The notes beneath the pieces were generated by a model. It had not been told where the DNA came from. It made no database searches and saw only the letters and a list, made by a program, of their open reading frames with translations. Source: Acidobacteriota bacterium (GTDB lineage Bacteria > Acidobacteriota > Thermoanaerobaculia > UBA5066 > Gp7-AA6). From it: a stretch of 64,000 bases of DNA. The translations under genes and the position numbers were made by a program. The first letter of the stretch is position 1. Each line of letters opens with the position of its first letter. Positions 41,984 to 53,810 of this stretch are shown here, piece after piece. The stretch covers positions 4,215 through 68,214 of the forward strand of contig JBKPBH010000027.1 in assembly GCA_046726795.1 (NCBI GenBank). Reading direction: 5' to 3'.

Positions 41984-43065
41984 GAGAGCCCCGTCGGATC
42001 GCGGCCGGCGGCTCCGAGGGGAGCTGGGAAAGCATCCTCTGGATCGGGCCGGGCCTTCTGGAGGCACCAGCTCCGTATCTGGCCTCTCCCTCGGGCCGTT
42101 ACGTCCTGGTGTCTTCGGCCGGCTCGCAGGAGGCGGCTCGCAGGATCCGCGCGGGGCTCGCGGGCCGGATCCTGGCGGACGTCGAGATCGACGACCGCGA
42201 AGAGGCGAAGACGCTGACCACGGTGGCGCGTATCGCCGACGCCGCGCTGGCGGCCGGCCTGCGCCGCGACGACGCGCTGGTCGCGGTCGGAGGCGGAGTC
42301 GTCTGCGACGCCGCCGGGTTCTCGGCCGCGATCCTGCTGCGCGGGATCCCCTGGAATGCCGTGCCCACGACGACGGGCGCGATGGCGGACGCCGCGATCG
42401 GGGGAAAGACCGGCGTGGACCACGCGGCCGGCAAGAATCTGCTGGGGGCGTTCCATCCGCCTCGGGCGGTCGTGATCGATCCCGCGGCGGCCGCCACGCT
42501 GCCCGGCCGGGACTTCCGAGCCGGTCTGGTCGAGGCCATGAAGGCGGCCTGGATCGTCGACGCGGACCTGGCCGCCCGGGCGGAACGGGACATGGGGAAG
42601 ATCCTGGCGCGCGAGGAGGAAGCGCTCCTCGACCTTCTCTCTGGCGCGGCCGCGATCAAGGCCGCGATCGTCTCGGAAGATCTGAGAGAAGGGGACCGGC
42701 GCCGCCTCTTGAACTTCGGTCACACTCTCGGCCACGCGTTCGAGGCCGCCGGCGGATACCGCGACTTGAAGCACGGAGAGGCCGTGGCCTGGGGGATCGC
42801 GGCGGCGCTCGAGATCTCGCGGAACCGGGCGGGGCTGCCCGCGGAGGACGCCGAGCGGGTCCGGGAGGCCCTCCGGAGTCTCGGCCCCTTCCCAAAACCG
42901 TGTCGGGATCCGGCTGTCCTCGCCCCCTTTCTGTCCCGGGACAAGAAGTCCACGGCGCGGGGGACGGCGGGTGTCTTGCTGGAAGCGATCGGACGAGGCC
43001 GGATCGACGAGGCGATCCCGCTCGAGGAATGGCTCGACGCGGCGGCCAGGCTCCGGCTCGACTGA
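41980..43065 (+). CDS. aroB: 3-dehydroquinate synthase
   Basis: GGGVVCDAAGF, NFGHTLGHAFE motifs; GTG 41980 overlaps the aspS stop (GTGA); the upstream 120 codons of the ORF overlap aspS and were trimmed. Confidence 0.88.
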
Positions 43066-43092
43066 GTCCACCGGCGTTATAATCGTCAGACC

Positions 43093-44826
43093 GTGGCCGG
43101 GCGTTCCGCGAGGCGTCGGATTCGCCTCTTTGTCGTCCTGTCAGGCGCGCTCGTTCTGGCCTCGCTGGTTCCTCTGCTGGTTTCCGACGGTGTCCTCATC
43201 CGCCGCAACCAGCGGACCCTCGAGACGCTGGAAGAGAAGTACCTGACCAGGTCCTCCTCCGCCCTGGCGGACCACCTGGCGGCCTTCTATGGCTCCGCGC
43301 GGGAGAGGCTGAAGAGCGCGGCGGCTTCCCTGTGGCTGGCCGGACAGCTCACCGGGAAGGACCCCTTCACTTCGGAGGACGGTCCGCGCCTCCTCGGGTC
43401 CTTCCTCTCGGGCCGCACGCCGCTCGTGGCGTTGCGGGGCTTCAACGTGACCGGCTCGGGCCGCTTCGTGGGACCCGACGTGCGCTCGCCGTCGCTCGAC
43501 TACGAGTTCCGCAAGGGTTTCGAGTCGGCGCGCGACGGCGTGCTTTACCAGGGCAAACCCTTCTGGATGCCGGAGCTCGGTCCCGTGGCGGTTCTCGCGC
43601 TGCCGGTGATGGACGAGGGGAAAGGCCGGTCCGGGGTCGTCGAGGCTCTGGTGTCCTGGCAGCCGATCGCCAACGAGTTCCGCGACGAAGCGCACAGGGA
43701 AGTCCACGTCAGCCTCATCGACCGGGAAGGAGACGTCCTCTTTCCCCTCTTCGCGCGCGCCCAGAAACGCCGCGGGTCGCTCCTGGTGGCCGACTTCATG
43801 CGCTTCCCCGCCAGGTTGACCCGGTCGGAGATGACGCCTCGGGGCGCCGTGCTCGCTTCCATCGCGCCGGTCGGGCAGCCGGACTGGGGGGTCCTGGTCG
43901 AACGCGACCGCGACCTCGCCTTCGCGTCGGTGGACCTGATGGTGCGAGACACCGTGATCTGGAGCGCGGTCGCCCTGGCCTGCGCCCTGCTCCTCGGCAT
44001 CGTGTTCGCTCGGCGTCTCTCCGACCCGATCGCCCGCCTGGCTCAATCGACCTACGCCATCAGCGAAGGGGAGTACGGGGCGACCGTCGAAGTCGCCGGG
44101 ACGGCGGAGATCGCGGACCTGTCGGAGAACTTCAACCGAATGAGCGCGTCGATCCGGACGGCCTTCGACCAGGTCCAGAGAGCGGCCCGGGAAAACCGGG
44201 AGCTGTTCCTGGCCTCCATCCGCGCGCTCGCAGAGGCCATCGACGCCAAGGACCCCTACACGCGAGGCCACTCGGAACGCGTGGCGGCCTACGCGGCGGT
44301 CGTTGCGTCGGAGATGGGGCTGCCGCCTCCGGAGGTCGAGCGCATCCGCCTGTCCGCTCTCCTCCACGATGTCGGCAAGATCGGGGTGGACGACCGCATC
44401 ATCCGCAAGCCGACGGCCCTGTCGGAGCAAGAATTCCAGTTGATGAAGACCCATCCGATCAAGGGGGCCGCGATCATGTCGGCGATTCCCCAGCTGGCCG
44501 ACGTCATCCCGGGCATGAAGTACCACCACGAGAAGTGGGGCGGCGGCGGATATCCGGAGGGTTTGAAGGGCGAGGAGATTCCGCTGCAGGCCCGGATCGT
44601 CACGGTCGCCGACACCTTCGACGCCATGACCACGACGCGCCCTTACCAGCAGGCCATGGAGACCGACTACGTGATCCAGAGAATCAAGCAGTTCGCGGGC
44701 GTCCGCTACGATCCCGCGGTCATCGAGGCCTTCGTGCGGGCCTATGAGAAGGGAGAGCTCACGCCGATCCCCGTCCGTCCGGCGCTCGAGGAGCCGGAGG
44801 AGTCGGAGCTGGCCGAAGCGCTTTGA
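43093..44826 (+). CDS. HD-GYP domain c-di-GMP phosphodiesterase with periplasmic sensor and HAMP domain
   Basis: N-terminal TM, ~250 aa periplasmic region, second TM, HAMP, then HD-GYP motifs (HSERVAAYA, HDVGKIG, HHEKWGGGGYPEGL). Confidence 0.8.
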   Translation: MAGRSARRRIRLFVVLSGALVLASLVPLLVSDGVLIRRNQRTLETLEEKYLTRSSSALADHLAAFYGSARERLKSAAASLWLAGQLTGKDPFTSEDGPRLLGSFLSGRTPLVALRGFNVTGSGRFVGPDVRSPSLDYEFRKGFESARDGVLYQGKPFWMPELGPVAVLALPVMDEGKGRSGVVEALVSWQPIANEFRDEAHREVHVSLIDREGDVLFPLFARAQKRRGSLLVADFMRFPARLTRSEMTPRGAVLASIAPVGQPDWGVLVERDRDLAFASVDLMVRDTVIWSAVALACALLLGIVFARRLSDPIARLAQSTYAISEGEYGATVEVAGTAEIADLSENFNRMSASIRTAFDQVQRAARENRELFLASIRALAEAIDAKDPYTRGHSERVAAYAAVVASEMGLPPPEVERIRLSALLHDVGKIGVDDRIIRKPTALSEQEFQLMKTHPIKGAAIMSAIPQLADVIPGMKYHHEKWGGGGYPEGLKGEEIPLQARIVTVADTFDAMTTTRPYQQAMETDYVIQRIKQFAGVRYDPAVIEAFVRAYEKGELTPIPVRPALEEPEESELAEAL

Positions 44827-44838
44827 GACGGCGAGAGC

Positions 44839-44938
44839 GGCTGGGCGACTGGGCGACTGGGGGACTGGGGGACTGGGAGAAAACTTGAAAGCAGCACCGG
44901 CCTCTCTCCCAGTCTCCCCGTCTCCCAGTCCCCCAGTC
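44839..44938. repeat. Stem-loop with tandem octamer arms (GACTGGGN x5 and YCCCAGTC x4)
   Basis: ggctgggc gactgggc gactgggg gactgggg gactggga ...spacer... tcccagtc tccccgtc tcccagtc ccccagtc; begins 12 nt after the HD-GYP TGA. Confidence 0.65.
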
Positions 44939-44944
44939 CGCTGT

Positions 44945-45697
44945 TTGTTCGCCGTGCTGGCTCTCATTGCGATAATTCCCTTTGCCGGCGCATGCTCGTC
45001 GCAAAGGAAGGCGCAGACCTCGACCGAGCTGCTCTTGAACGAACGGATGGCCGCCGTTCTGCTGCGGGAGGGACGCGCGCGCGAGGCGGAAGACGCTTAT
45101 CGCGATGTGCTGCGCTCGGATCCGAAGAAGCCCGACCTCCATGACGGGCTGGGCCTCTGCCTGCTCGCGCAGGGGAAGCTGCGCGAGTCGCTCGACTCCT
45201 TTGACCGAGCCGTCAAACTCGACGCCGAGAAAGCGCTCTACCGGATCCACCGCGGAATGGCTCGCACGCAGCTCGGCCGGTACGGGGAGGCCGAGGAAGA
45301 CTTCCGCGTCGCGGAGAGATCTCCGGCACCCGAGGACCAGCTCGACCTGGCGTTGAACCGCGGCCGGATGCGACTTCGGATGGGAGACGACGCAGCGGCC
45401 GAGGCCCAGTTCTCCGTCGCGCTCTCTCGGGAACCCAAGTCCATGGACGCGCTGCTCGGGCGGGGCATGGCCCGCGAATCGCGCAAGGACTTCGCGGCGG
45501 CCGCCGAGGACTACCTGGAGGCCGTTCGCCTGCAGCCCAGGAGTCCGGAGGCGAATCTGCACCTGGGTCTGGCGCTCGTGACCCTGAAGAAAACGGCGCT
45601 CGGCCGCCGATACCTCGAGCGCACCGTGGAACTCGACCCCACCGGCGCCGCCGGCGCGAAGGCTCGCCTCCTGCTCGAGAACGGTCCGCCGAGCTAG
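44945..45697 (+). CDS. TPR-repeat lipoprotein
   Basis: Lipobox FAGAC followed by four to five TPR repeats. Start TTG 44945 or GTG 44954; an upstream in-frame TTG at 44885 would make the right repeat arm code SPSPSPP. Confidence 0.6.
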   Translation: MFAVLALIAIIPFAGACSSQRKAQTSTELLLNERMAAVLLREGRAREAEDAYRDVLRSDPKKPDLHDGLGLCLLAQGKLRESLDSFDRAVKLDAEKALYRIHRGMARTQLGRYGEAEEDFRVAERSPAPEDQLDLALNRGRMRLRMGDDAAAEAQFSVALSREPKSMDALLGRGMARESRKDFAAAAEDYLEAVRLQPRSPEANLHLGLALVTLKKTALGRRYLERTVELDPTGAAGAKARLLLENGPPS

Positions 45698-45784
45698 CGT
45701 TTGCGCGGCCGCTCGACGCGGCCGGGAGAGAGCGAACCGGCGACTCGCCCGCGACGCGGTGGAATCAGGAATAATCCAGGCAAG

Positions 45785-46753
45785 ATGAGCGAGAGCACTC
45801 CCGGATCGCCCGATCGCGAAAGGGCGCGGTCCGGCTTCTTCGCGAAGGTCCGGCGCGGGTTGTTCATGACCCACACCGAGATCCTGGAGAAGCTCGGCTC
45901 GGCGGTGAAGAAGGGACTCGGCTTCGACGAGTCGGTAATGGAATCGCTCGAGGAAGCCCTGATCTCCGCGGATGTCGGCGCCGAGACGGCCGAGGCTCTC
46001 ACCGGCGCGGTCCGATCCCGCACGGCGGCGGCGGATCGGACGGACCTCGCGGACCTGCGACGTCTGGTGATCGAGGAGATCGAGCGCTTGATCGCCGCGG
46101 CGCCGAAACCGCCGGACGTCGCACCTGTTCCCCTGGAGGTCGTCTTCCTGGTCGGCGTCAACGGCTCCGGCAAGACCACGACGACGGCCAAGCTCGCGGC
46201 GCGGTATCTCGAGCGGGGCGATTCCGTGCTCCTGGCGGCGGCGGACACCTTCCGCGCCGGGGCGATCGAGCAGCTCGCGATCTGGGCGGCGCGGCTGCAG
46301 GCGCCGGTCGTCCGCCACCGGGAGGGCGCCGATCCTTCGGCGGTCCTCTTCGACGCGATTGCGGCCGCGAGGGCCCGCGGCGTCCGGACGCTCCTCGTGG
46401 ATACGGCCGGCCGTCTCCATACCAAGAAGAACCTGATGGAGGAGCTGGCCAAGATGCGCCGGATCGCGGGCCGCGAGGTGCCTGGAGCTCCGCACCAGAC
46501 CCTTCTCGTGCTCGACGCGACAACGGGCGTCAACGGCCTCTCTCAGGCACGCAGGTTCGTGGAGGCGGCCGGCGCCACCGGGGTCGTGTTGACGAAGCTC
46601 GACGGAAGCGCGAAGGGGGGAGTCGTCCTGGCCATCTATCGCGAACTCCGGCTCCCGGTCCTCTACGTCGGAGTCGGCGAAGGCCTGGACGACCTCATCC
46701 CGTTCAATCCCTCCGATTACGCGCGTGCCCTGCTCGGAGACGATGGATCCTGA
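45785..46753 (+). CDS. ftsY: Signal recognition particle receptor FtsY
   Basis: Trimmed to MSESTPGS; NG domain motifs (GVNGSGKTTT, DTAGRL, TKLDGSAKGG). Confidence 0.9.
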   Translation: MSESTPGSPDRERARSGFFAKVRRGLFMTHTEILEKLGSAVKKGLGFDESVMESLEEALISADVGAETAEALTGAVRSRTAAADRTDLADLRRLVIEEIERLIAAAPKPPDVAPVPLEVVFLVGVNGSGKTTTTAKLAARYLERGDSVLLAAADTFRAGAIEQLAIWAARLQAPVVRHREGADPSAVLFDAIAAARARGVRTLLVDTAGRLHTKKNLMEELAKMRRIAGREVPGAPHQTLLVLDATTGVNGLSQARRFVEAAGATGVVLTKLDGSAKGGVVLAIYRELRLPVLYVGVGEGLDDLIPFNPSDYARALLGDDGS

Positions 46754-47945
46754 ATCTCTCATGAGTCGCCGAGACTCTCCCATCGACCCGAAGTGGATGG
46801 ACCGCGCGCTGGAGCTGGCAGAACGCGGCCGGTACACGGTTTCGCCAAACCCCATGGTCGGAGCCGTCGTGGTGAAGGCCGGCCGAATCGTCGGCGAAGG
46901 CTTTCACGAGCTGGCGGGCGGTCCCCACGCCGAGGTCGTGGCGCTCGCCGCGGCCGGAGCGCGCGCGCGGGGCGCGGACCTGTACGTGACGCTCGAGCCC
47001 TGCTCGCACTTCGGGCGGACCCCACCCTGCGCCGATGCGCTCGTGGACTCCGGGGTCGCGCGGGTCATCGTGGCGGCGAGGGATCCGAATCCCGTCGTCG
47101 CGGGGCGCGGGACGGCGGCGCTTTCCCGCGGGGGCATCGAGGTCATCGAGGCCGACTTGGGACGGCGGCGGCGCGCGGAGCGCCAGAACGAGAAATTCCG
47201 GGTCTGGATCTCAGCCCGGCGTCCCTTCGTGCTCGCCAAGTGGGCGCAGACGCTGGACGGGAAGATCGCGGCGGCGGGGGGCGGCAGCCGATGGATCACC
47301 GGGGCGGAATCCCGGAAGCGGGCGCTTCTTCTCCGGGAAGAATACGACGCGGTCTTAGTCGGTGCGAACACCGTGATCGCGGACGATCCCAGGCTGACGC
47401 GCCGCCTGGGAAAGAATCGCGCGACCCGGCACCGGCGGATCGTCCTGGACGGCCGGCTCCGGGTCTCCCAGAACGCCCGCCTCTTCCACTCTCCGGAGGG
47501 GACGGTCGTGGTGACCAGCCGCCCCGAAGGCCACGGCGATGTCCGGCGGCTCGCTTCACGCGGGGTCTGCGTCTGGAGCCTGCCCGGCAGGGAGGGACGG
47601 GTGAGTGTTCCGCGCCTCTTGAGGAGGCTCGCCCGCGAGGGAATCGCGAGCCTCCTGGTCGAGGGAGGAGGAGACACACTCTGGCAGTTCTTTCGCGCCG
47701 ATCGGGTGGATCGGGTCGCCGTCTTCCTCGCGCCCCGGATCCTCGGCGGCGGCCGCGCCCCGGGGGCCGTCGGCGGCCAGGGCTTCTCGCTTCGCTCCAC
47801 GCCTCGCCTCCAAGATGTCGAGGTCGAGGGCCTCGGGGAGGACCTCTTCATCACCGGCCGCGTCTCCCGTGACCGGCGGGCCGGGGGACTGGGCGACTCC
47901 GTGACCGGGACAAGGCGGACGACCGGGAGAAAGCAGTCACTGTGA
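46743..47945 (+). CDS. ribD: Bifunctional riboflavin biosynthesis deaminase/reductase
   Basis: Deaminase HAEV...PCSHFGRTPPC plus reductase domain; ATG 46743 overlaps the ftsY 3' end (alternative ATG 46761). The last ~30 aa overlap a degenerate GACTGGG repeat copy. Confidence 0.88.
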   Translation: MDPESLMSRRDSPIDPKWMDRALELAERGRYTVSPNPMVGAVVVKAGRIVGEGFHELAGGPHAEVVALAAAGARARGADLYVTLEPCSHFGRTPPCADALVDSGVARVIVAARDPNPVVAGRGTAALSRGGIEVIEADLGRRRRAERQNEKFRVWISARRPFVLAKWAQTLDGKIAAAGGGSRWITGAESRKRALLLREEYDAVLVGANTVIADDPRLTRRLGKNRATRHRRIVLDGRLRVSQNARLFHSPEGTVVVTSRPEGHGDVRRLASRGVCVWSLPGREGRVSVPRLLRRLAREGIASLLVEGGGDTLWQFFRADRVDRVAVFLAPRILGGGRAPGAVGGQGFSLRSTPRLQDVEVEGLGEDLFITGRVSRDRRAGGLGDSVTGTRRTTGRKQSL

Positions 47946-47999
47946 TCACCGATCTGCCGGTCTCCCCATCTCTCAGTCTCCCAGTCGTTGACCGGCAGA
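47883..47999. repeat. Second, degenerate copy of the GACTGGG/CCCAGTC element plus a 10 bp stem hairpin downstream of ribD
   Basis: gggggactgggcgactcc lies inside the ribD 3' end and shares the 12-mer gactgggcgact with 44847-44858. The hairpin tctgccggtc...gaccggcaga (47953-47999) has a loop containing tctcccagtc, identical to 44921-44930. Confidence 0.55.
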
Positions 48000-48015
48000 C
48001 TAGACTCCCTTAGAG

Positions 48016-48627
48016 ATGTTTACCGGGATCGTCACCGGGATGGGCGAAGTCGTGTCCCTGGCACGCCGGCGCGGCGGAGCGCGGCTCACCATCCAGCCTC
48101 CGGCGCGTTATGGCCGCTTCGAGCGGGGAGAGAGCGTCGCCGTATCCGGCGTCTGCCTGACCGCGATCCGAGGCGGGCGGCACCTCGTGACCGACCTGTC
48201 CGCAGAGACTCTTCGGCGCTCCACGCTCGGCCTCGTGCGCCCCGGAGGGGTCGTCAACCTCGAGAGAGCCCTCGTCTGGGGGGATTGCCTCTCGGGCCAC
48301 TTCGTGCTTGGACATGTCGACGGAGTCTCCCGGGTTCTCTCGGTCGCGGCGGCCGGGAACTCCTGGACCTGCCGGTTCTCGATTCCTGAGGGGACGTCTC
48401 GCTTCGTTGTCGAAAAGGGCTCCGTGGCCTTAGACGGGGTGAGCCTGACCGTCGCGGGCAGGGGGGCCCGGGAATTCTCGGCCGCGATCATTCCGGAGAC
48501 CCGGCGCCGGACCACCCTCGGACAGGCTCGCGCCGGCACCCGCCTCAATTTCGAGGCGGATGTCTTCGCCCGCTACGGCGCGGCGGGATGGCGCCGGCGC
48601 GTCGGTCAGCCGCAACGCGTCTCATGA
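48016..48627 (+). CDS. ribE: Riboflavin synthase
   Basis: MFTGIV...two lumazine-binding repeats (GESVAVSGVCLT / GSVALDGVSLT). Confidence 0.9.
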   Translation: MFTGIVTGMGEVVSLARRRGGARLTIQPPARYGRFERGESVAVSGVCLTAIRGGRHLVTDLSAETLRRSTLGLVRPGGVVNLERALVWGDCLSGHFVLGHVDGVSRVLSVAAAGNSWTCRFSIPEGTSRFVVEKGSVALDGVSLTVAGRGAREFSAAIIPETRRRTTLGQARAGTRLNFEADVFARYGAAGWRRRVGQPQRVS

Positions 48628-49619
48628 TCCTCTTCGAAGGATCTCGGGCTCCGACCGTCCGGGCCGGAGAGTTCGAGCTGGCCTCACGCCGGATTGCGGC
48701 CCGGGCCTTTCCGTACGCGGGGGAGGTCGGGGGCGCCCGGTTCCGTTTCGATCCGATCGAGCGGCGTTTCCACTCGCGCTCGGCGGAGGGGACCGTCCTG
48801 GCGGGGCCTCACGAGCCCCCGGCATGGAGAACCGCGCTCTTGCGCGGACCGGCGGGACCAGTCCTGGTCGGCCCTGGCTCCGTCGGCGAAGAAGTCCGCG
48901 GCGTCTACCAGGCCGCGGCGGAAGGCGCCCGTCAGTCCGGGCGCGCCGTCTATCTTCTCGATCCGGAGCCCTCGGGTCTCCCGGAGGGGCCTGGGGCCGC
49001 CTTTACGGCTCTCTTCGTGTGGTTCCCGGGATTGGAGGCGCCCGACCAGACGCTCGCGGAGGCGCGTGCGCGCGGAATCGCGGCGGGCTGGCTCCTGCCG
49101 CTCGTCGCCGGCTGGACCGCGACCCCGGAGATCGAGGACGACGCGGCGCGGCGCGCCGCTCTCTCGGGGGCTTCGTTTCTGGCCGGCGTCCCGCTCGCCG
49201 ACGACGGCCTGGCTCGGCGCGTCGCCCTGGAGGCGGCTGCCCTGACGACGCCCGAGTCGGTCGAGACGCTCTTCGAGCGGGTGCATCACGGGGCCGAACC
49301 GGATGAAATGCGGAGAGCTCAGGACCGCCTTCGCGAAGCCTGTGCGCGCGAGGGACTCGCCTGCGTGCCGCCGCGGCCCGTGGGCACGCGGGAACCGGCC
49401 GCCAACGCGGCCGCCGCGGCGCGCCTCGAGGAGAAGGCGGAGGCGACGTCCGGCGACGAGCATCGAGCGGCCCTCTTCCATGCGGCGGCGCGCTGGTTGG
49501 ACGAATCGGGGCGCGACCTCGGGCCGATCGCCCGGGAAGGGAACCTGCCCAAGGTCTTTCCCTTCGGAGCGGACCTCGCCCGCGAGGTCGAGGAAGCGCT
49601 GACGGTCGGTAGACCGTGA
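48624..49619 (+). CDS. Hypothetical Ala-rich protein, function unknown
   Basis: 331 aa ORF; ATGA overlap with the ribE stop and GTGA overlap with the hemW start suggest translational coupling; no motif recognised. Confidence 0.4.
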   Translation: MILFEGSRAPTVRAGEFELASRRIAARAFPYAGEVGGARFRFDPIERRFHSRSAEGTVLAGPHEPPAWRTALLRGPAGPVLVGPGSVGEEVRGVYQAAAEGARQSGRAVYLLDPEPSGLPEGPGAAFTALFVWFPGLEAPDQTLAEARARGIAAGWLLPLVAGWTATPEIEDDAARRAALSGASFLAGVPLADDGLARRVALEAAALTTPESVETLFERVHHGAEPDEMRRAQDRLREACAREGLACVPPRPVGTREPAANAAAAARLEEKAEATSGDEHRAALFHAAARWLDESGRDLGPIAREGNLPKVFPFGADLAREVEEALTVGRP

Positions 49620-50800
49620 CTTCGCCGTCGCCGCCCGCCTCCCATCGCCCGGCCACCCGATCGCCCGATAACCCGATTCCCTCCGGGATCTACGTTCACC
49701 TTCCGTATTGCCGATCGCGATGCGGCTACTGCGCCTTCGTCGTCAGCACCGACGAGTCGACGCAAGGTGCCTATCTCGACGCCCTCGGGCGCGAAATCGA
49801 GATTCTCGCGATCGAAGCGCGGGGCGCTTCTTTCGACTCCGTGTACCTGGGAGGAGGGACGCCTTCGCGGACCTCCGAGGCGGACCTAGCGCGGCTTTTG
49901 GACCGGTTGCGCCGGCGCTTCGCCGTCTCCCCTTGCGCCGAGGTGACACTCGAAGCGAACCCCGAAGATGTCACGGCCGCGGTCGCGCGATCCTGGGCCG
50001 AGGCGGGGGTGACCCGCGTCTCGGTCGGAGTCCAGTCCTTCGAGGACCGGGAGCTCTCCGCGGTGGGACGCCGGCACGACGCCGCGGCCGCCCAACGGGC
50101 CCTCGAAACTCTCGCCGGCTTGCGGCTGTCGGTCTCCGGCGACCTGATCCTCGGGCTTCCCGAGCAGACCACCGCGAGCTTCCGGGCGAGCCTCGCGCGG
50201 TTGCGCGACTCGGGAGCCGGGCACATCTCGGCCTATCTCCTCGAGGTGGAGAAATCGAGGACGATCGAGGAAGACCGCCGCGCGAGTCCCGAGCGCTACC
50301 TCTCCGACGACGCGCAGGCCGAGGCATGGCTGGAAATGGGGGAGACACTCGCCCGGGCCGGCTTCGTCCACTACGAGGTCTCCAATTGGGCGCTCCCGGG
50401 CCGGCGGGCCCGTCACAACATGAAGTACTGGATGCGGACGCCGACGCTCGGGCTCGGAGTCTCGGCTCACGAGCTCTGGCACGGCCGGCGCCGCGCCAAC
50501 GTCTCGGCCCTGCCGCGATACATCGCGGAGCTCGCCGCGGGGCGCCGGCCGCTCGCCGCGGACCATCTCGTGGACGAGGAGGAGGCAGCCGGGGAACGCA
50601 TCGTGCTCGGCCTGCGACTTCGCGAAGGGGTTCCGGCGCGGGACATCCAGGATCGGATCCTCGGCTCCCACGACCCAACCTTGTCGGAGGACTATGAATC
50701 CTGGAAAGACGAAGGCCTCCTCGTGGAAGAGGCGGGGCAGGTGCGCTTGACCGAGCGCGGCTTTCTTCTCTCGAATGAAATGCTCTGCCGGTTTGTTTGA
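49616..50800 (+). CDS. hemW: Radical SAM heme chaperone HemW (HemN-like, oxygen-independent coproporphyrinogen oxidase family)
   Basis: CRSRCGYCAF (CxxxCxxC) radical SAM motif and HemN-like C-terminal domain. Confidence 0.85.
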   Translation: MTSPSPPASHRPATRSPDNPIPSGIYVHLPYCRSRCGYCAFVVSTDESTQGAYLDALGREIEILAIEARGASFDSVYLGGGTPSRTSEADLARLLDRLRRRFAVSPCAEVTLEANPEDVTAAVARSWAEAGVTRVSVGVQSFEDRELSAVGRRHDAAAAQRALETLAGLRLSVSGDLILGLPEQTTASFRASLARLRDSGAGHISAYLLEVEKSRTIEEDRRASPERYLSDDAQAEAWLEMGETLARAGFVHYEVSNWALPGRRARHNMKYWMRTPTLGLGVSAHELWHGRRRANVSALPRYIAELAAGRRPLAADHLVDEEEAAGERIVLGLRLREGVPARDIQDRILGSHDPTLSEDYESWKDEGLLVEEAGQVRLTERGFLLSNEMLCRFV

Positions 50801-50852
50801 GCCCGAGCATAGAATTTCGCCTTCGTCCGGGAAGAACCGAAAGGAGACTGTT

Positions 50853-51488
50853 TTGAATTCGCGATCACGGAAGACGGCGGCCCTCGCGCTCGCCACCCTT
50901 CTCCTGGGAGGTGTCCTCCAGGCCGAGGCCTTCTCGTCCGTTCACTGGAAATCCAGGAGCGAGATGGTCGGGGGCTCTCAGGGAGACATGACAACCGAGT
51001 CCGAGCTCTGGATGAAGGAAAAGAAGGTCCGGGTCAAGACGAAAGCCATGGGAATGAACATGAATGTCGTCAAGTCCGGGGACTTCGTGTACCAGTGGCA
51101 GGAAGGGGAGACCACCGGGATGAAGATGTCCACTACCATGCGGCGGCGCGGCGGCAGCTCGATGGACTACGTGGAGAAGATGGAGGACATCCGCACCAAA
51201 GGGAAGAAGGTCGGCGCCGAGACGGTGGACGGCCATTCCTGCGACGTTTACGAGTACTCGGAGACGGCGGGCGAGCGGGGACCCATCCAGCAGAAATACT
51301 GGCTGGCGCGGGACCTGAAGAACTTCCCGGTCAAGGTGGTATCCGAAACCGGGGGAATGAAGATCACCACCACCAACTCCGACATCGAGATCGGCGCTTC
51401 CGTGCCGGATTCGATGCTGACCCCGCCCGAGAACGTCAAGTTCCGGGACATGTCCGAGATGATGAAGGGGATCGCGCCGAAGAACTAG
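50853..51488 (+). CDS. Secreted Met-rich hypothetical protein (DUF4412/LolA-like fold suspected)
   Basis: SD aaggag + 6 nt + TTG 50853; signal peptide LNSRSRKTAALALATLLLGGVLQAEA; many Met in the mature region; family assignment is tentative. Confidence 0.45.
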   Translation: MNSRSRKTAALALATLLLGGVLQAEAFSSVHWKSRSEMVGGSQGDMTTESELWMKEKKVRVKTKAMGMNMNVVKSGDFVYQWQEGETTGMKMSTTMRRRGGSSMDYVEKMEDIRTKGKKVGAETVDGHSCDVYEYSETAGERGPIQQKYWLARDLKNFPVKVVSETGGMKITTTNSDIEIGASVPDSMLTPPENVKFRDMSEMMKGIAPKN

Positions 51489-51490
51489 GA

Positions 51491-51518
51491 GTCGATCGTC
51501 GACAGTCGATGGTCGAAA
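51491..51518 (+). repeat. Tandem heptamer array (GTCGANN x4) immediately after the stop codon
   Basis: gtcgatc gtcgaca gtcgatg gtcgaaa starts 3 nt after the TAG at 51486-51488. Confidence 0.55.
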
Positions 51519-51526
51519 GTTCCGCG

Positions 51527-51560
51527 AAAAAGAAAGGCCTGGCTCGCGCCGGGCTTTTTC
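51527..51560. terminator. Bidirectional intrinsic terminator between the secreted-protein gene and hppA
   Basis: aaaaagaaa-GGCCTGGC-tcgc-GCCGGGC-ttttt; 7 bp GC stem with one G.U pair, flanked by A- and T-tracts. Confidence 0.65.
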
Positions 51561-51595
51561 ATGTCTTACTTTCCTCCGCGTCTCCGCGTCTCGTT

Positions 51596-53764
<2,169 letters not shown>

Positions 53765-53810
53765 CTCTTGGAGTGATTCCGTTTCCGCTTGGGCGGGACG
53801 ATATCAAAGT

